The notes under the pieces are model-generated. The model did no database searches. It saw nothing but the letters and a program-made list of their open reading frames with translations, and was not told where the DNA came from. Made by a program: the position numbers and the translations under genes. From a virus (lineage: Duplodnaviria > Caudoviricetes): 53,067 bases of DNA. Shown one piece after another: positions 19,379-29,847 of this stretch (within the stretch, counting starts at the first letter, position 1; every line of letters starts with the position of its first letter). The stretch spans positions 1-53,067 of the IMG/VR virus record IMGVR_UViG_3300043773_001180. One strand, 5' to 3'.

Positions 19379-22300
19379 CTAAATAAATGTAGTTGAAAAT
19401 CTTTGGTCAATGGTTATGATATTGGAATCAACGTCATACACTTCAACTACCGGCCTACCATCGGGAGTATCTGTACTATTCACCCCAATATCCGGACCTG
19501 TTATTTTTGAACCGGCAAATCTATGATTCCGAATTGATGTAGTTAAATTGGTTGGATTTAAATAACTCGATGTTACAAGAGTATAACTCGAATAATTACC
19601 GTTCACCAAATTCAAATCACTCGAATAAATAAACTCAAACGAACTATAATAATTATCCTGTGGATAGGATTCTATTTGTTCAAAGAATGCAGTTGAAATT
19701 GCAAAATCATTATCTATACCAATCCAACCCGGACCATATCCATAATCAGTTGAATCGGAACTTTTAGAAACATTTGTTCTTGCAAAATCTATTGAGAAAG
19801 AAGTTTCTAAATTTCCGTATTCCACTATTGTATTCGTTTCACTATACACATTTGAAGAATAAATATTGTTTATAATCGTTGATAACGGATTGTATTCTAA
19901 ATTTAAAGAACTTGTATTATCGTTCAGTACTATATTATATTTTTGATATTCTAACTTTGGCATCGGACTAATATCTATATCATCCGAATATTCCTCTATT
20001 CTAGTGGCATCAACTTCATTTTCAATATCATACTCACCTTCTATATTTTCAATAGAACTACCCTCATCGTCAAATCCAAACTTAACTACTGACACATACG
20101 AGTTTATGTTTACATGGGGAGTTATAGATGAAGAAACTTCATTTGTATCTTTAACCGTCTTATCAATCGAATCCGCACTAAAGTTTCTCAAAACTTTAAC
20201 TTTTGACCGTTCAAGTACATTTGGTTCAACTACCAATCCAAGTATTTCATTTACACGTGCCGGAAGTGTTTGTCTTATTTGGTCAAATACACTAAAATCA
20301 AATAAAGATATTAATCTTATGTATGCCCCAAAATCATTTTTGTTCGGATATTTTTGCCAGTATTCTCTCGCAAACCACTTTAATCTTGGATAGTCATCAC
20401 TATCTATGTTCGAGTATTCGCCAAAATAATCGTCTATTTCAGTATTACCTATTGCCTCGTATATGTCTTCATTTATTACACTCTGTGGTGAAAATGCAAC
20501 CATAAGTTTATTAGAATCTACTGAAAACTTATCAAAGGCAGAAACTTCAACTGTTCTCGTTGAATCTAATCCTGAAATTAGTGATCCAGAATCCACCCTA
20601 ACTTTTTCCGCAAACGGTGTGTTATTACCAACCGTTGCAACTTCCATATTATAGGTTTCAACTATGGATTCAAATGAACTCGATGTAAACCCATAAAAAT
20701 ATGCAGATTTTGAAGAACTATAAAAAGTTGAGTTTTTTTGATTTGGATGTGTACTGGATATACTACTAGTTACGGCTGCATCAAATTTTTGCCAAAACTT
20801 AAATTGTGCCTGTAAGTCATAAAATGATCCAGTATCTGTATTACTATTATATGCCCGGGCGGCAAGAACGTGATTATCGAATGCCTCTTCATTTAAACGT
20901 TCAGACCAGTATCTCAATTCATAAATAGATCCAGATAATATCTTATCGGTTTGTGAATTTGATCCTGAACCAATATAAAGTTGACCATTGGAAGCCCACG
21001 CTCTATTATAGACAGATTCGGTACTTCCTGTAATCGCTATACTTGCAGATTTTTCAATAACAATTTTTCCGTATTTTGCAGTCTTTAGAAAAATATCATA
21101 AACTTGATTTGAACCGGATGAATCATTTGATTCAGACCTACGAATCATAAGATTCAATGGAACATCATCATATAGAAACTCATCATAAAATGATGCAGAT
21201 TTATAGTTTGTACCATCCCCTATGTAAAATGTTAGTGTTCCTTTATCAACATCAGTTCCATTTTTATTCATGGTAACAAACCAATCAACACGAGAACCTG
21301 AATTTTTTTGTAGGAGTGTTTGATGTGGATCTAATGTGTAAGAATACAAATCATTCGGTTCCATTTTCCAACGAAACGTCAATGTTTCGGGGAAACTCCA
21401 ACTACCACTTGGATTATTTACTTGTTCCCACGGAACACGAACGTAATGTGCCTGTGTTGGTAGGGGATAACTGCCTCTAAAGTTTAAATAATACGTGTGT
21501 TTTTCCCACTCTGATTTTGGTATTATCCCCAAATCGGCATTATCAGGCCCACCGAACTCTCGTATAGTTAAAAGTGTTTGGGGAATACCATAGGCGGACA
21601 ATAATGCCTTTATAGAACGTGCAGTTCCTTTTGTTTTATAGATGTATGGAAGATTGTTGAGTATTCTTCTCCAAACTTCCTTTGTTCTTTCTTCTTCCGT
21701 TTTTGCAAAATACTTATTTACCGTTGTTTTACCCGTCCAAATTGGATCACCACTACCACTTACACCTAACGCATATTCCCAAAGGTCTTTTGCCTGTGTT
21801 CCGTGTGAAAGTGTCCAACCTAAATTCCGTGTTGCATCATATATTAAATCTTGTGAAAGTCCGTCTTTGGGGTGTTCTTGACGTGTATTCTTTTTAAATA
21901 TATGATTTGCATATAAATAAATAACGTCAAAATGTTGACCAACCATGTTTATAAACGTGGTGAATTGGTCATTCTGATCATCTTCAACTATATGTTCGGG
22001 TATAGATTTATTTAATGAATTATAATTTTTTAAATCGTAATTAGATGCAGAAACTATTAAATTAGAGTACCAATCATACGCTTCATTTGATCCGGTAGAG
22101 TATAATCTGTATTTTCCTTCTTTCGTTGAAATATGATAATTACTACCGGTTACTTCATATTTTGGAAAAGGAACTATCGATGCAGAATCCTGATTTGTAT
22201 AGTAGTTACTACCGGTTGTTTCGTAATATAACCATTTTTCAAATTCATCAAATCCAGATACCACCTTATCTCTAAGTCCTTTGACTTTTATTTTATTACT

Positions 22301-23305
22301 AGATAATGAGCCGGTATATGAATCCAATAAATCCAACTGATTATTGTAATATTCTACCAATCCAATTTTATAGTAAAAGTTATCAACTCTTTCTTCCGCA
22401 GACGAATAGAATATAAAGTTTGAAAAATCTCTGAAATCAATATTAAGTTTAACTTGTTCGTTACTTCCTGAAATGTATTTATTTAATATTTCCTGTGAAG
22501 TTTGCACATTTGCAGATAAAATATCATTCCAAGACTTGTAATCTGTTTCGGTGTTTATCCAATAATCATAATCTACTTCAAAATTTGGTCCACTAATATA
22601 GGGTAAATCTGTTTTTAATTGTTCGGGTATTATTGTTATAGTATCTATCCACGGCTTTACAACTTGTGATGAAATCCAACACGTAAATAATCGGTCAACG
22701 TCTGCTGGTAACTCTTCGTATAACTTAACATAAAGATATGTTGGATCACCATCGGATGTAACGTTTATAACGTCTATTATTTTATTTTCACCAAAATTAA
22801 TAACGATTGGTAATAAGTATTTAGACGGGTTTAAGTATGAAAGAATAAATTCACTTATTTGGGTTTTACCAATCGAATCACTTGATGTTTGTAATTTTAG
22901 TTTAAGTTCTTTTCGGTCACTCGATACACTTTCCACGAATAACCGTTGATTATTAAAATCACCAATTATATTTGTAAAAAAATTATAAACAATTTTATAT
23001 GTTCCCGGTGAAAGTGCAAGACCATTTTTACCTAAATCACGATGAACATCTAATGAAATTGTTTTATTATTAGAATTACTACTTTCTATTTTCCAAGAAC
23101 TTATATTATAGAGTGATCCAATATATGATGTATTTGGTAAAAACGTGTGTAACTCAATACTGTTAACAGACTTTTCATTTTCAGTAGTATATTCAAATTT
23201 AGGAACAATTATTTTCTTTTCTTGATTTAAATCAATACGTGCCCCACGAATAGAATTATTAGTAGATAAAATTTCTTCTATATTTTTATATTCAAAATTT
23301 GACAT
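19379..23305 (-). CDS. Large baseplate wedge protein (T4 gp7/P2 gpI-like motif, LamG-like insert)
   Basis: NLPYIYKTKGTARSIKALL; GSIYELRYWS; lies in the baseplate module. Confidence 0.65.
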   Translation of the reverse strand: MSNFEYKNIEEILSTNNSIRGARIDLNQEKKIIVPKFEYTTENEKSVNSIELHTFLPNTSYIGSLYNISSWKIESSNSNNKTISLDVHRDLGKNGLALSPGTYKIVYNFFTNIIGDFNNQRLFVESVSSDRKELKLKLQTSSDSIGKTQISEFILSYLNPSKYLLPIVINFGENKIIDVINVTSDGDPTYLYVKLYEELPADVDRLFTCWISSQVVKPWIDTITIIPEQLKTDLPYISGPNFEVDYDYWINTETDYKSWNDILSANVQTSQEILNKYISGSNEQVKLNIDFRDFSNFIFYSSAEERVDNFYYKIGLVEYYNNQLDLLDSYTGSLSSNKIKVKGLRDKVVSGFDEFEKWLYYETTGSNYYTNQDSASIVPFPKYEVTGSNYHISTKEGKYRLYSTGSNEAYDWYSNLIVSASNYDLKNYNSLNKSIPEHIVEDDQNDQFTTFINMVGQHFDVIYLYANHIFKKNTRQEHPKDGLSQDLIYDATRNLGWTLSHGTQAKDLWEYALGVSGSGDPIWTGKTTVNKYFAKTEEERTKEVWRRILNNLPYIYKTKGTARSIKALLSAYGIPQTLLTIREFGGPDNADLGIIPKSEWEKHTYYLNFRGSYPLPTQAHYVRVPWEQVNNPSGSWSFPETLTFRWKMEPNDLYSYTLDPHQTLLQKNSGSRVDWFVTMNKNGTDVDKGTLTFYIGDGTNYKSASFYDEFLYDDVPLNLMIRRSESNDSSGSNQVYDIFLKTAKYGKIVIEKSASIAITGSTESVYNRAWASNGQLYIGSGSNSQTDKILSGSIYELRYWSERLNEEAFDNHVLAARAYNSNTDTGSFYDLQAQFKFWQKFDAAVTSSISSTHPNQKNSTFYSSSKSAYFYGFTSSSFESIVETYNMEVATVGNNTPFAEKVRVDSGSLISGLDSTRTVEVSAFDKFSVDSNKLMVAFSPQSVINEDIYEAIGNTEIDDYFGEYSNIDSDDYPRLKWFAREYWQKYPNKNDFGAYIRLISLFDFSVFDQIRQTLPARVNEILGLVVEPNVLERSKVKVLRNFSADSIDKTVKDTNEVSSSITPHVNINSYVSVVKFGFDDEGSSIENIEGEYDIENEVDATRIEEYSDDIDISPMPKLEYQKYNIVLNDNTSSLNLEYNPLSTIINNIYSSNVYSETNTIVEYGNLETSFSIDFARTNVSKSSDSTDYGYGPGWIGIDNDFAISTAFFEQIESYPQDNYYSSFEFIYSSDLNLVNGNYSSYTLVTSSYLNPTNLTTSIRNHRFAGSKITGPDIGVNSTDTPDGRPVVEVYDVDSNIITIDQRFSTTFI

Positions 23306-23307
23306 CT

Positions 23308-24477
23308 TTACTTAATTTTTGATTTTATTTGAATTAATTCTGTTTTTATTTGATCTATTTCAGATAACTTCTTACGTAATTCTGTAATTTCCGCGTCTTG
23401 TTGATCATTGGTGGAATTTACATCATTAACTAGTGTAGTGGTTAAATCCTCAAGTGTTGATGAAATAGATGACATTTGTGATTGTATTGTTTTGTCTATC
23501 TCATTTAATTTTGTATCAATTTGTTCTTGAAGATTTTTATTACTTTCTTCTAATGTTTGAACAGTTTGATTTAAAATTGCACCTTCTTGTGATAATGCAG
23601 ACAATGATTCGTCCATTCTAACTTCGGCATCAATTTGACTCTGTATAATATCATTTTTAACTGATATAGTTTCCTCAAGTGATGCAATCTTCGCTCTTAA
23701 TGATGTCACCGAATTTCCATCTTGATTTATTAGATTGCTCAAATCACTTAAAAACTTATTAGTCTCATTATTATTACCGTTTATTTGGTCAATAGATGCC
23801 GCATCCGATGCCTTCTTCAATACACTATCCTCGGCAGTAACTGCATCTTGTAAAGATACAAATTTTGTTTCTATCATGTATCGAAAATCTGATAGCAAAA
23901 ATCTCTCGTCTAATAATGGTACTCGAAGTCTTCCTTTGTTTTTAAATATATTTTTAAACGATTGAATTATCCCATTGGTGTCCCTAACTATATCGGATTT
24001 CTCGTCATAATATTCTACTGAACTATCCGATATTAGTTTATCTAAAATGTCTCTTAACTCCTCTGATGGAAGTGTTCCGTTTTCAGATCCCGTTAATATT
24101 TTTCTGATTACAAAATTAAAAAATGGATCAATAGGGTCTGAATTTATATCACTTAAAGTGTTTGAAATATCTTCTATCGTACCGCCCGTATTTTTTATTT
24201 CTTTTAATTTAGATTTTAGTTTAATCTGTTCTTCTATGTATTTCTTTACATTTGAATAGTCATTAGAATTTTTAAAAGATTTGAATCTTTCAAGTAATAA
24301 AGTTTTCTCATTCTTTGTACTTATAATTTCTTTTCTTAAAGAAATACCTTCTCTACTAAAAAATTCTCTAAAATCATTTGGTGTATCGAATTTCAAATTC
24401 GGATATTGTTGGATTAAAGATCTAGATTGTGTTTCTGATATATTTTCAAGATATAAAAACTCTTCAATAGTAATCAT
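23308..24477 (-). CDS. Coiled-coil hypothetical protein
   Basis: Heptad-rich C-terminal half; coupled to neighbours. Confidence 0.7.
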   Translation of the reverse strand: MITIEEFLYLENISETQSRSLIQQYPNLKFDTPNDFREFFSREGISLRKEIISTKNEKTLLLERFKSFKNSNDYSNVKKYIEEQIKLKSKLKEIKNTGGTIEDISNTLSDINSDPIDPFFNFVIRKILTGSENGTLPSEELRDILDKLISDSSVEYYDEKSDIVRDTNGIIQSFKNIFKNKGRLRVPLLDERFLLSDFRYMIETKFVSLQDAVTAEDSVLKKASDAASIDQINGNNNETNKFLSDLSNLINQDGNSVTSLRAKIASLEETISVKNDIIQSQIDAEVRMDESLSALSQEGAILNQTVQTLEESNKNLQEQIDTKLNEIDKTIQSQMSSISSTLEDLTTTLVNDVNSTNDQQDAEITELRKKLSEIDQIKTELIQIKSKIK

Positions 24478-25562
24478 CGTGTAACCTTAAAGTAGTAGTT
24501 GTTATCAAATATTTCGACGTTATCATCAGTTTCCGTTTTAACAACAACACGATAAAATCTTTCCGGTTGCAAGGAGTTCATCCAAATATTAAAATAACTA
24601 CTTGTACCGTCACAACTTATTTTGGAACCAGTTGTGTTAAATGGTATTATTATCTCATCGGTATGTGCATCTCGTATTTCATAATAAGAAGATGATGGTA
24701 AATAATAGTTCTTAACATAATAAGATTGTGTTGTGTATTGTTTCTGTGGGTATCTTGAATTACCATAGATTCTTATTTTTGACTTCTCATCCTGTGAATA
24801 ATATTTTTTAAGTTTAACATTTAATAAAGTATCATCGGAGTTTACTTTCGTTAAACTACCGGTTACAAACGATGAATCGTCCCAAACTATATGTAATTTT
24901 GGAACATATATGGTATTACTATCTGTTGAGAAGAATTTTAACACTGCATTTGTTTCATAGGATGATTCCATATCATCACCAAACTTTAAAATCATACCAT
25001 CATTATTCAACCCACCAGAACCAGTCACCCATTTATTTACAATCTTGGTAACATCCATGAAAATATCGGAAGACTCATAAGAAAATGATTGACTACATTC
25101 AACACTTCCAGTATTCCACCATGTTCCACCACCAATAGTTGAATAATATGATGAAGTTGCAGGTAGGGATGGTATATTCCATTCAGTTCCATTTATTTTT
25201 GAAAATCTATATTTCCAGGACACCCCATCAGTTATATTCGGAGTATTATAGTATTTACCCGTCCCATTTGTCCATGAAGAACTAACGGGATATGCATAGA
25301 CAGAATATTCTTGTGGTATTTCACGTACTTCTGCCGTTCTTAATTGTAAATAATATTTTACACTACCCGATGGTATTTTACCAGAATTTATGTAATCCTG
25401 TACCTCGGTTAGGTCGAATTTCATTAGTATTCTACTATTATATCGGTCGGTTTGGCCCACGGTTTCATGGGTTATTTCGATAATAGAATCTGTTCCAGAA
25501 TTTAAAGATTCTGTTTTTTCATATATGGTTGTGTCATATTTTGGGTAAATAGAATATATCAT
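24474..25562 (-). CDS. Virion protein, DNRLRE-like domain
   Basis: DTTIYE..NSG, SRILMKFD, SWTNG, DVTKIVNKW, PKLHIVW. Confidence 0.55.
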   Translation of the reverse strand: MIYSIYPKYDTTIYEKTESLNSGTDSIIEITHETVGQTDRYNSRILMKFDLTEVQDYINSGKIPSGSVKYYLQLRTAEVREIPQEYSVYAYPVSSSWTNGTGKYYNTPNITDGVSWKYRFSKINGTEWNIPSLPATSSYYSTIGGGTWWNTGSVECSQSFSYESSDIFMDVTKIVNKWVTGSGGLNNDGMILKFGDDMESSYETNAVLKFFSTDSNTIYVPKLHIVWDDSSFVTGSLTKVNSDDTLLNVKLKKYYSQDEKSKIRIYGNSRYPQKQYTTQSYYVKNYYLPSSSYYEIRDAHTDEIIIPFNTTGSKISCDGTSSYFNIWMNSLQPERFYRVVVKTETDDNVEIFDNNYYFKVTR

Positions 25563-27472
25563 CCGAATGCCCTCACTCTACCTATAATATCATTATCTGG
25601 ATATTTTACCTCAAACACCGAAGGATCCAGTGAAGGAAATATAATACCATCTTTAGTTGCATTTGTAATATCGTAAACGTGTTTTGAATATCCCAACGTA
25701 GTATCGTATAAGTTTGTTATTCTAACATCAACAACCGTCTGAACTCCTGGTACTTTATCTATTTCCGTAAATAAATTACTTATCACGATTGGTTGATTGA
25801 TTTGCCATCTCTTAATATCAAAGTATTTTTTAAGTCTGTCTATACATCGAAGAACCACCTGATTTCCATTTTGGTCTGGTAACGTTATAATATCAAACTC
25901 AACACCTATGTTTATGATATATGCATCTTTTATATTAATAGCATCCGTTAAAATTCTATGATGATTTAAATACGTTTTAAGGTTTTCCTTAGTTGCATCA
26001 TTTATCTGAGTTAGTTTATTATTACCGTCATATCCTAATACATAAAAATTTAAAGCCAAATCATTTGAAACTCTATCACTATTATAGATAGACATATCTG
26101 TTAATTGAGTATCTTTAGTGATATATGCCTTTGCAATAGCACCATATTTTTGAGGCATACTATATGCACGTATAATATAATCTTCTTTCGTAACGGCACG
26201 ATTTTGTGAAGCAAAATATGCCAAGGCGTTTTGACGAATTTCATTATAATCTTCTTTTAATTTACCGCCTGTTGCAGGTTCAGGATTTGTTGTTGCAAGA
26301 CTTCCTACAACTTGTTCGTATAAAATTGGATCCAATCCTGTTTCATCTAATAAAATATTTCTGGATATAACACGTGTGAGTGTATCACTTGGAACATTAT
26401 CCTGTACACCACCACCAGTTGTATAATATATTGTTATAGTAGTGTTGTTTGGTGCCAATCCATAAGTTTTTGTGTATAGGAAATTAGAAGGGTCTATATC
26501 AATAGAAGGCGTACTATCTATACCCGTTAATGAATTTCCAACTAAATCTGGATTTGGGATAAGTAATTCATCATCAAGGTTAGATACACCGGCTCCAAAT
26601 TGAATTTCAAACGTCAATGCCGAATCACCTTCATGTTCGTGATTTTGTCTTGACGTGAATCTTCTTGATATTTTTCTAAGTTTCAGTAAGTATGGTGTTT
26701 CGTTTCTATGTGAACTCAACTCCGTATCATTTCTTGAAATGTTTGGGGTTGGTTCAAATATCGTATCTTGTGCTAAATACGGAACGTGATACCATTTATT
26801 ACCCTCTGTATCAATACCGTATAATATTTCAATTAAATTAGGTGCAGATAATGTAATTTTATCATAAGGTTTCGGTGAACCAAATGAAAACTCCTGACTT
26901 TCTATTACTCCGGATATTGCATTTACAGATTTTTTTAACAACCAAAATGTTACTTCATTGGTAATATCATCAATCTCATAAGGGGTTACTTCAGTTGGAT
27001 CAAAACTACTACTAAATTTAAAGTCCAAATAATCGGTTGTTCTAAATCTTGAACTTATATTATTTACATCGGATCCAACAACCATTCCGGGTTCTATTGC
27101 AAATGCGTAACTATAATCAGGAACAATTTCTCCATCTACTGTTTTAGAAGGAACTATCTGAAAAACATCCGTCTTTACACTCGCCGCTATGCTATTTTTA
27201 GGTTTATAGCCAAGTGATTGTGCTATATTTACAATATTGGAAGGTTCCGCTGCCTGTAAAATAAAAGATTCTTGTAATGCAACATCGGTATAGTACGATA
27301 AAACATCACCAACGTATGCAGCCATCTCCAAAAACATCATACCCGGCGAAGCTTCGTTAAAATCCTGGTATGTATTCGGAAAATAGTTTTTGGCAAAATC
27401 AATAAGATTTTGTTTTAAACTAACAAAATCCTTTGACATATACCTTATATCTTTTTTAATTAAATCAGCCAT
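25559..27472 (-). CDS. Baseplate wedge subunit (T4 gp6/baseplate J-like)
   Basis: DFVSLKQNL, AYVGDVLSYY, AQSLGYKP, IQFG, QNRAVTKEDY. Confidence 0.85.
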   Translation of the reverse strand: MADLIKKDIRYMSKDFVSLKQNLIDFAKNYFPNTYQDFNEASPGMMFLEMAAYVGDVLSYYTDVALQESFILQAAEPSNIVNIAQSLGYKPKNSIAASVKTDVFQIVPSKTVDGEIVPDYSYAFAIEPGMVVGSDVNNISSRFRTTDYLDFKFSSSFDPTEVTPYEIDDITNEVTFWLLKKSVNAISGVIESQEFSFGSPKPYDKITLSAPNLIEILYGIDTEGNKWYHVPYLAQDTIFEPTPNISRNDTELSSHRNETPYLLKLRKISRRFTSRQNHEHEGDSALTFEIQFGAGVSNLDDELLIPNPDLVGNSLTGIDSTPSIDIDPSNFLYTKTYGLAPNNTTITIYYTTGGGVQDNVPSDTLTRVISRNILLDETGLDPILYEQVVGSLATTNPEPATGGKLKEDYNEIRQNALAYFASQNRAVTKEDYIIRAYSMPQKYGAIAKAYITKDTQLTDMSIYNSDRVSNDLALNFYVLGYDGNNKLTQINDATKENLKTYLNHHRILTDAINIKDAYIINIGVEFDIITLPDQNGNQVVLRCIDRLKKYFDIKRWQINQPIVISNLFTEIDKVPGVQTVVDVRITNLYDTTLGYSKHVYDITNATKDGIIFPSLDPSVFEVKYPDNDIIGRVRAFG

Positions 27473-27965
27473 TATAAATTGCCTCTTCTATTGTTAAGTT
27501 GCCAGTATCTGATATAAATATCTGTATTGGTAAATATATGTTTGTTCCAGAAATAGATACCAGCAACTGAACAGATACGGCATGGTTATAATCATCCACC
27601 CTACCATCTTCTGACATATTTATATTAACATCGACTCGTTGAATCACAACATAAGGCATCCAAGTTGATATTGCAGATGATATTTCACTTTTTATTTTAT
27701 CAATAAATTCATCCTCACTATTTATATTCTCGAATAATATAAATTTCAAATCTGTTCCAAAATCCGGTTGCATATATCTCTCACCCTTTGATGTTAACAG
27801 TAGATTTTTTAAATTTGAAAATACTTGAGTTCTGTTTGTGTAACTACTATTGAATATACCACTCGGATTATTAAAAGGTAGTGTTACACCAATAGGAGTA
27901 GAACTTGTAAAATTAGATCCAGATATTTGTGATTCATTTGTTAATATTTTTCGTCTAAATCTCAA
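27465..27965 (-). CDS. Baseplate/sheath initiator (gp25/GPW family)
   Basis: NLKNLLLTSKGERYMQPDFG..L...LFE. Confidence 0.88.
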   Translation of the reverse strand: MRFRRKILTNESQISGSNFTSSTPIGVTLPFNNPSGIFNSSYTNRTQVFSNLKNLLLTSKGERYMQPDFGTDLKFILFENINSEDEFIDKIKSEISSAISTWMPYVVIQRVDVNINMSEDGRVDDYNHAVSVQLLVSISGTNIYLPIQIFISDTGNLTIEEAIYNG

Positions 27966-27968
27966 TTA

Positions 27969-28403
27969 TTATCTCCCCTTTTTTTCTTGAATTTTTGCCA
28001 TAAGTGCAGAATAATCACGAGTAAATGCCTTTGAAACTTCAGGTGACAACTCATCTACATCAACTCCACGTGGGGTTGCATCTACATAGTTTGTATTAAC
28101 AGAGTTTATCGAATCGGTTGTAAACGAAAGAGTGTTCTCATATCCCTCATCTATCCCCATACTTGCCTCCATAGAACGACGTGTTTCGTCTAATAACGCC
28201 TGAATACTTGACATACCTGTTTTAGACTTCTTCTGAACTGGTTTTTTCGTAGATTTACCGGCAGAATTTACAAGGTTTACACCGTGTGATATAACTTTAC
28301 GGTCATCCTTTCTGTTCGATTCATTTAACTTTTTATCAAGTGCATATTCTATTTCTTCACGAATAATAGAACGTATTTTTTTTAAAAAATTTTGACTATC
28401 CAT
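27969..28403 (-). CDS. Hypothetical late protein
   Basis: GGAG ribosome-binding site; IRSIIREE, TRDYSALM. Confidence 0.7.
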   Translation of the reverse strand: MDSQNFLKKIRSIIREEIEYALDKKLNESNRKDDRKVISHGVNLVNSAGKSTKKPVQKKSKTGMSSIQALLDETRRSMEASMGIDEGYENTLSFTTDSINSVNTNYVDATPRGVDVDELSPEVSKAFTRDYSALMAKIQEKKGR

Positions 28404-28413
28404 AATGACTCCA

Positions 28414-29844
28414 TTAATTTAGTGTTTTTATGATTTGTGACAAAGATTTATTTATATTCTTCTTGTTATTATTTACGGCAGAAAAATACTCATTCATTGT
28501 CTTTGTATTATTATGTTTTGCGTTTAATCTCTGTGCCGACCTATTTGGATTGCCGGTAATTTTTCCAAATACGATATAATCGTTTTCACCACAAAATGTT
28601 GATATTGTATTTTTTTTAACAGAAAACTGTGTTCCATTCCTGTCAACCCCACGTAATCCAGTATTACCACCTATTGTAATCATATTACCAGAATCGGATA
28701 GATAAACACACGTCTCTATGTGCGTTTTTGTTGGCCCTACTGAAACAGTTGCCATCGCCCAATCCAATCCAAGTAGATATTTTAATAAATTTTTCCCATT
28801 AGGTAGTAAATTACCATTTTTGTCAAAATGATACCCTTTTACAAATATTGCACATTTACCGTCACTATAATATTTCTCAGGTTTTTCTGGTAACCAGGAA
28901 TTTTGAAATTTTATTTTACCCTCATTGTCAATTATATTCGGTGGAGAATTTACCAATCCATTTGATACTAAAATTCTGTGATACCTGTCAACATCTGTTG
29001 TACCACTATATGTTTTTAATCCTGATCTACCTATTAAAAACTCAGTCCAAACACCACACCAATATGGTTCATCGGCCCAAGAAGGATTTTGTTGATACAA
29101 CCCGATTGCAGTATCTTTCCCACGATTGTAAACGTGTTTATCGTTTAATATCATCATGTGTTGTTCTGTATTTTCCTCGGCGATATAAGGAACTTTATCA
29201 TTGAATATACCTACCTGTGGTATATTCATTGCAATTAAAACATCCCACACCGAATCTATTGATATACCCTGTGTTAGTTTATTCCAATCTGCATCGAATT
29301 TATACTTAACATACCCTTTTATAGATTGTATGGACAAATTTTTCTCGTTTTCTTTTTTCCCGTAAGTGCCGGATGGACCTTCAACAGAACGATATGCCCA
29401 ATATGAACTATCATTTATTTTACCCTGCTCAATATAAGATGTAACACGTATATCTGTTGTAATTATTGGTGGATTTATTTTTGTATTTTTAACAACATCA
29501 CTCGTTTGTGCACCACTATTATCAACAGAAATTGGAGCAGATTCTGGCGACTTGGATGATTTATTTTTTACTTTTTTCTTTGAGATACCGGATGATTTAC
29601 TTGGAACAGATACGGATTCTTTAGGAACCGTGTTGGAAGATGTACCATCTTGTTTTCTTTTTTCTTCTTCTTCTTTTTGTTTTTTAATATTATCCAAAAT
29701 ATCCGAAAAATCGTCCATTCTTGAATCATCAATTAGTTTGGAAGAATCCACCTCATCCTCTATTACAACTGTTAAAAGTTTTAACTTTTCTTCTTTTGTA
29801 ACAACCGGATCTTCATTTTCTATTTGTGCAATTAAAAGTGGCAT
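28414..29844 (-). CDS. Baseplate-associated CHAP-like cell-wall peptidase
   Basis: YWCGVW...HIE...TIGGNT (Cys/His/GN pattern); adjacent to the gp5-like gene. Confidence 0.55.
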   Translation of the reverse strand: MPLLIAQIENEDPVVTKEEKLKLLTVVIEDEVDSSKLIDDSRMDDFSDILDNIKKQKEEEEKRKQDGTSSNTVPKESVSVPSKSSGISKKKVKNKSSKSPESAPISVDNSGAQTSDVVKNTKINPPIITTDIRVTSYIEQGKINDSSYWAYRSVEGPSGTYGKKENEKNLSIQSIKGYVKYKFDADWNKLTQGISIDSVWDVLIAMNIPQVGIFNDKVPYIAEENTEQHMMILNDKHVYNRGKDTAIGLYQQNPSWADEPYWCGVWTEFLIGRSGLKTYSGTTDVDRYHRILVSNGLVNSPPNIIDNEGKIKFQNSWLPEKPEKYYSDGKCAIFVKGYHFDKNGNLLPNGKNLLKYLLGLDWAMATVSVGPTKTHIETCVYLSDSGNMITIGGNTGLRGVDRNGTQFSVKKNTISTFCGENDYIVFGKITGNPNRSAQRLNAKHNNTKTMNEYFSAVNNNKKNINKSLSQIIKTLN

Positions 29845-29847
29845 AAA

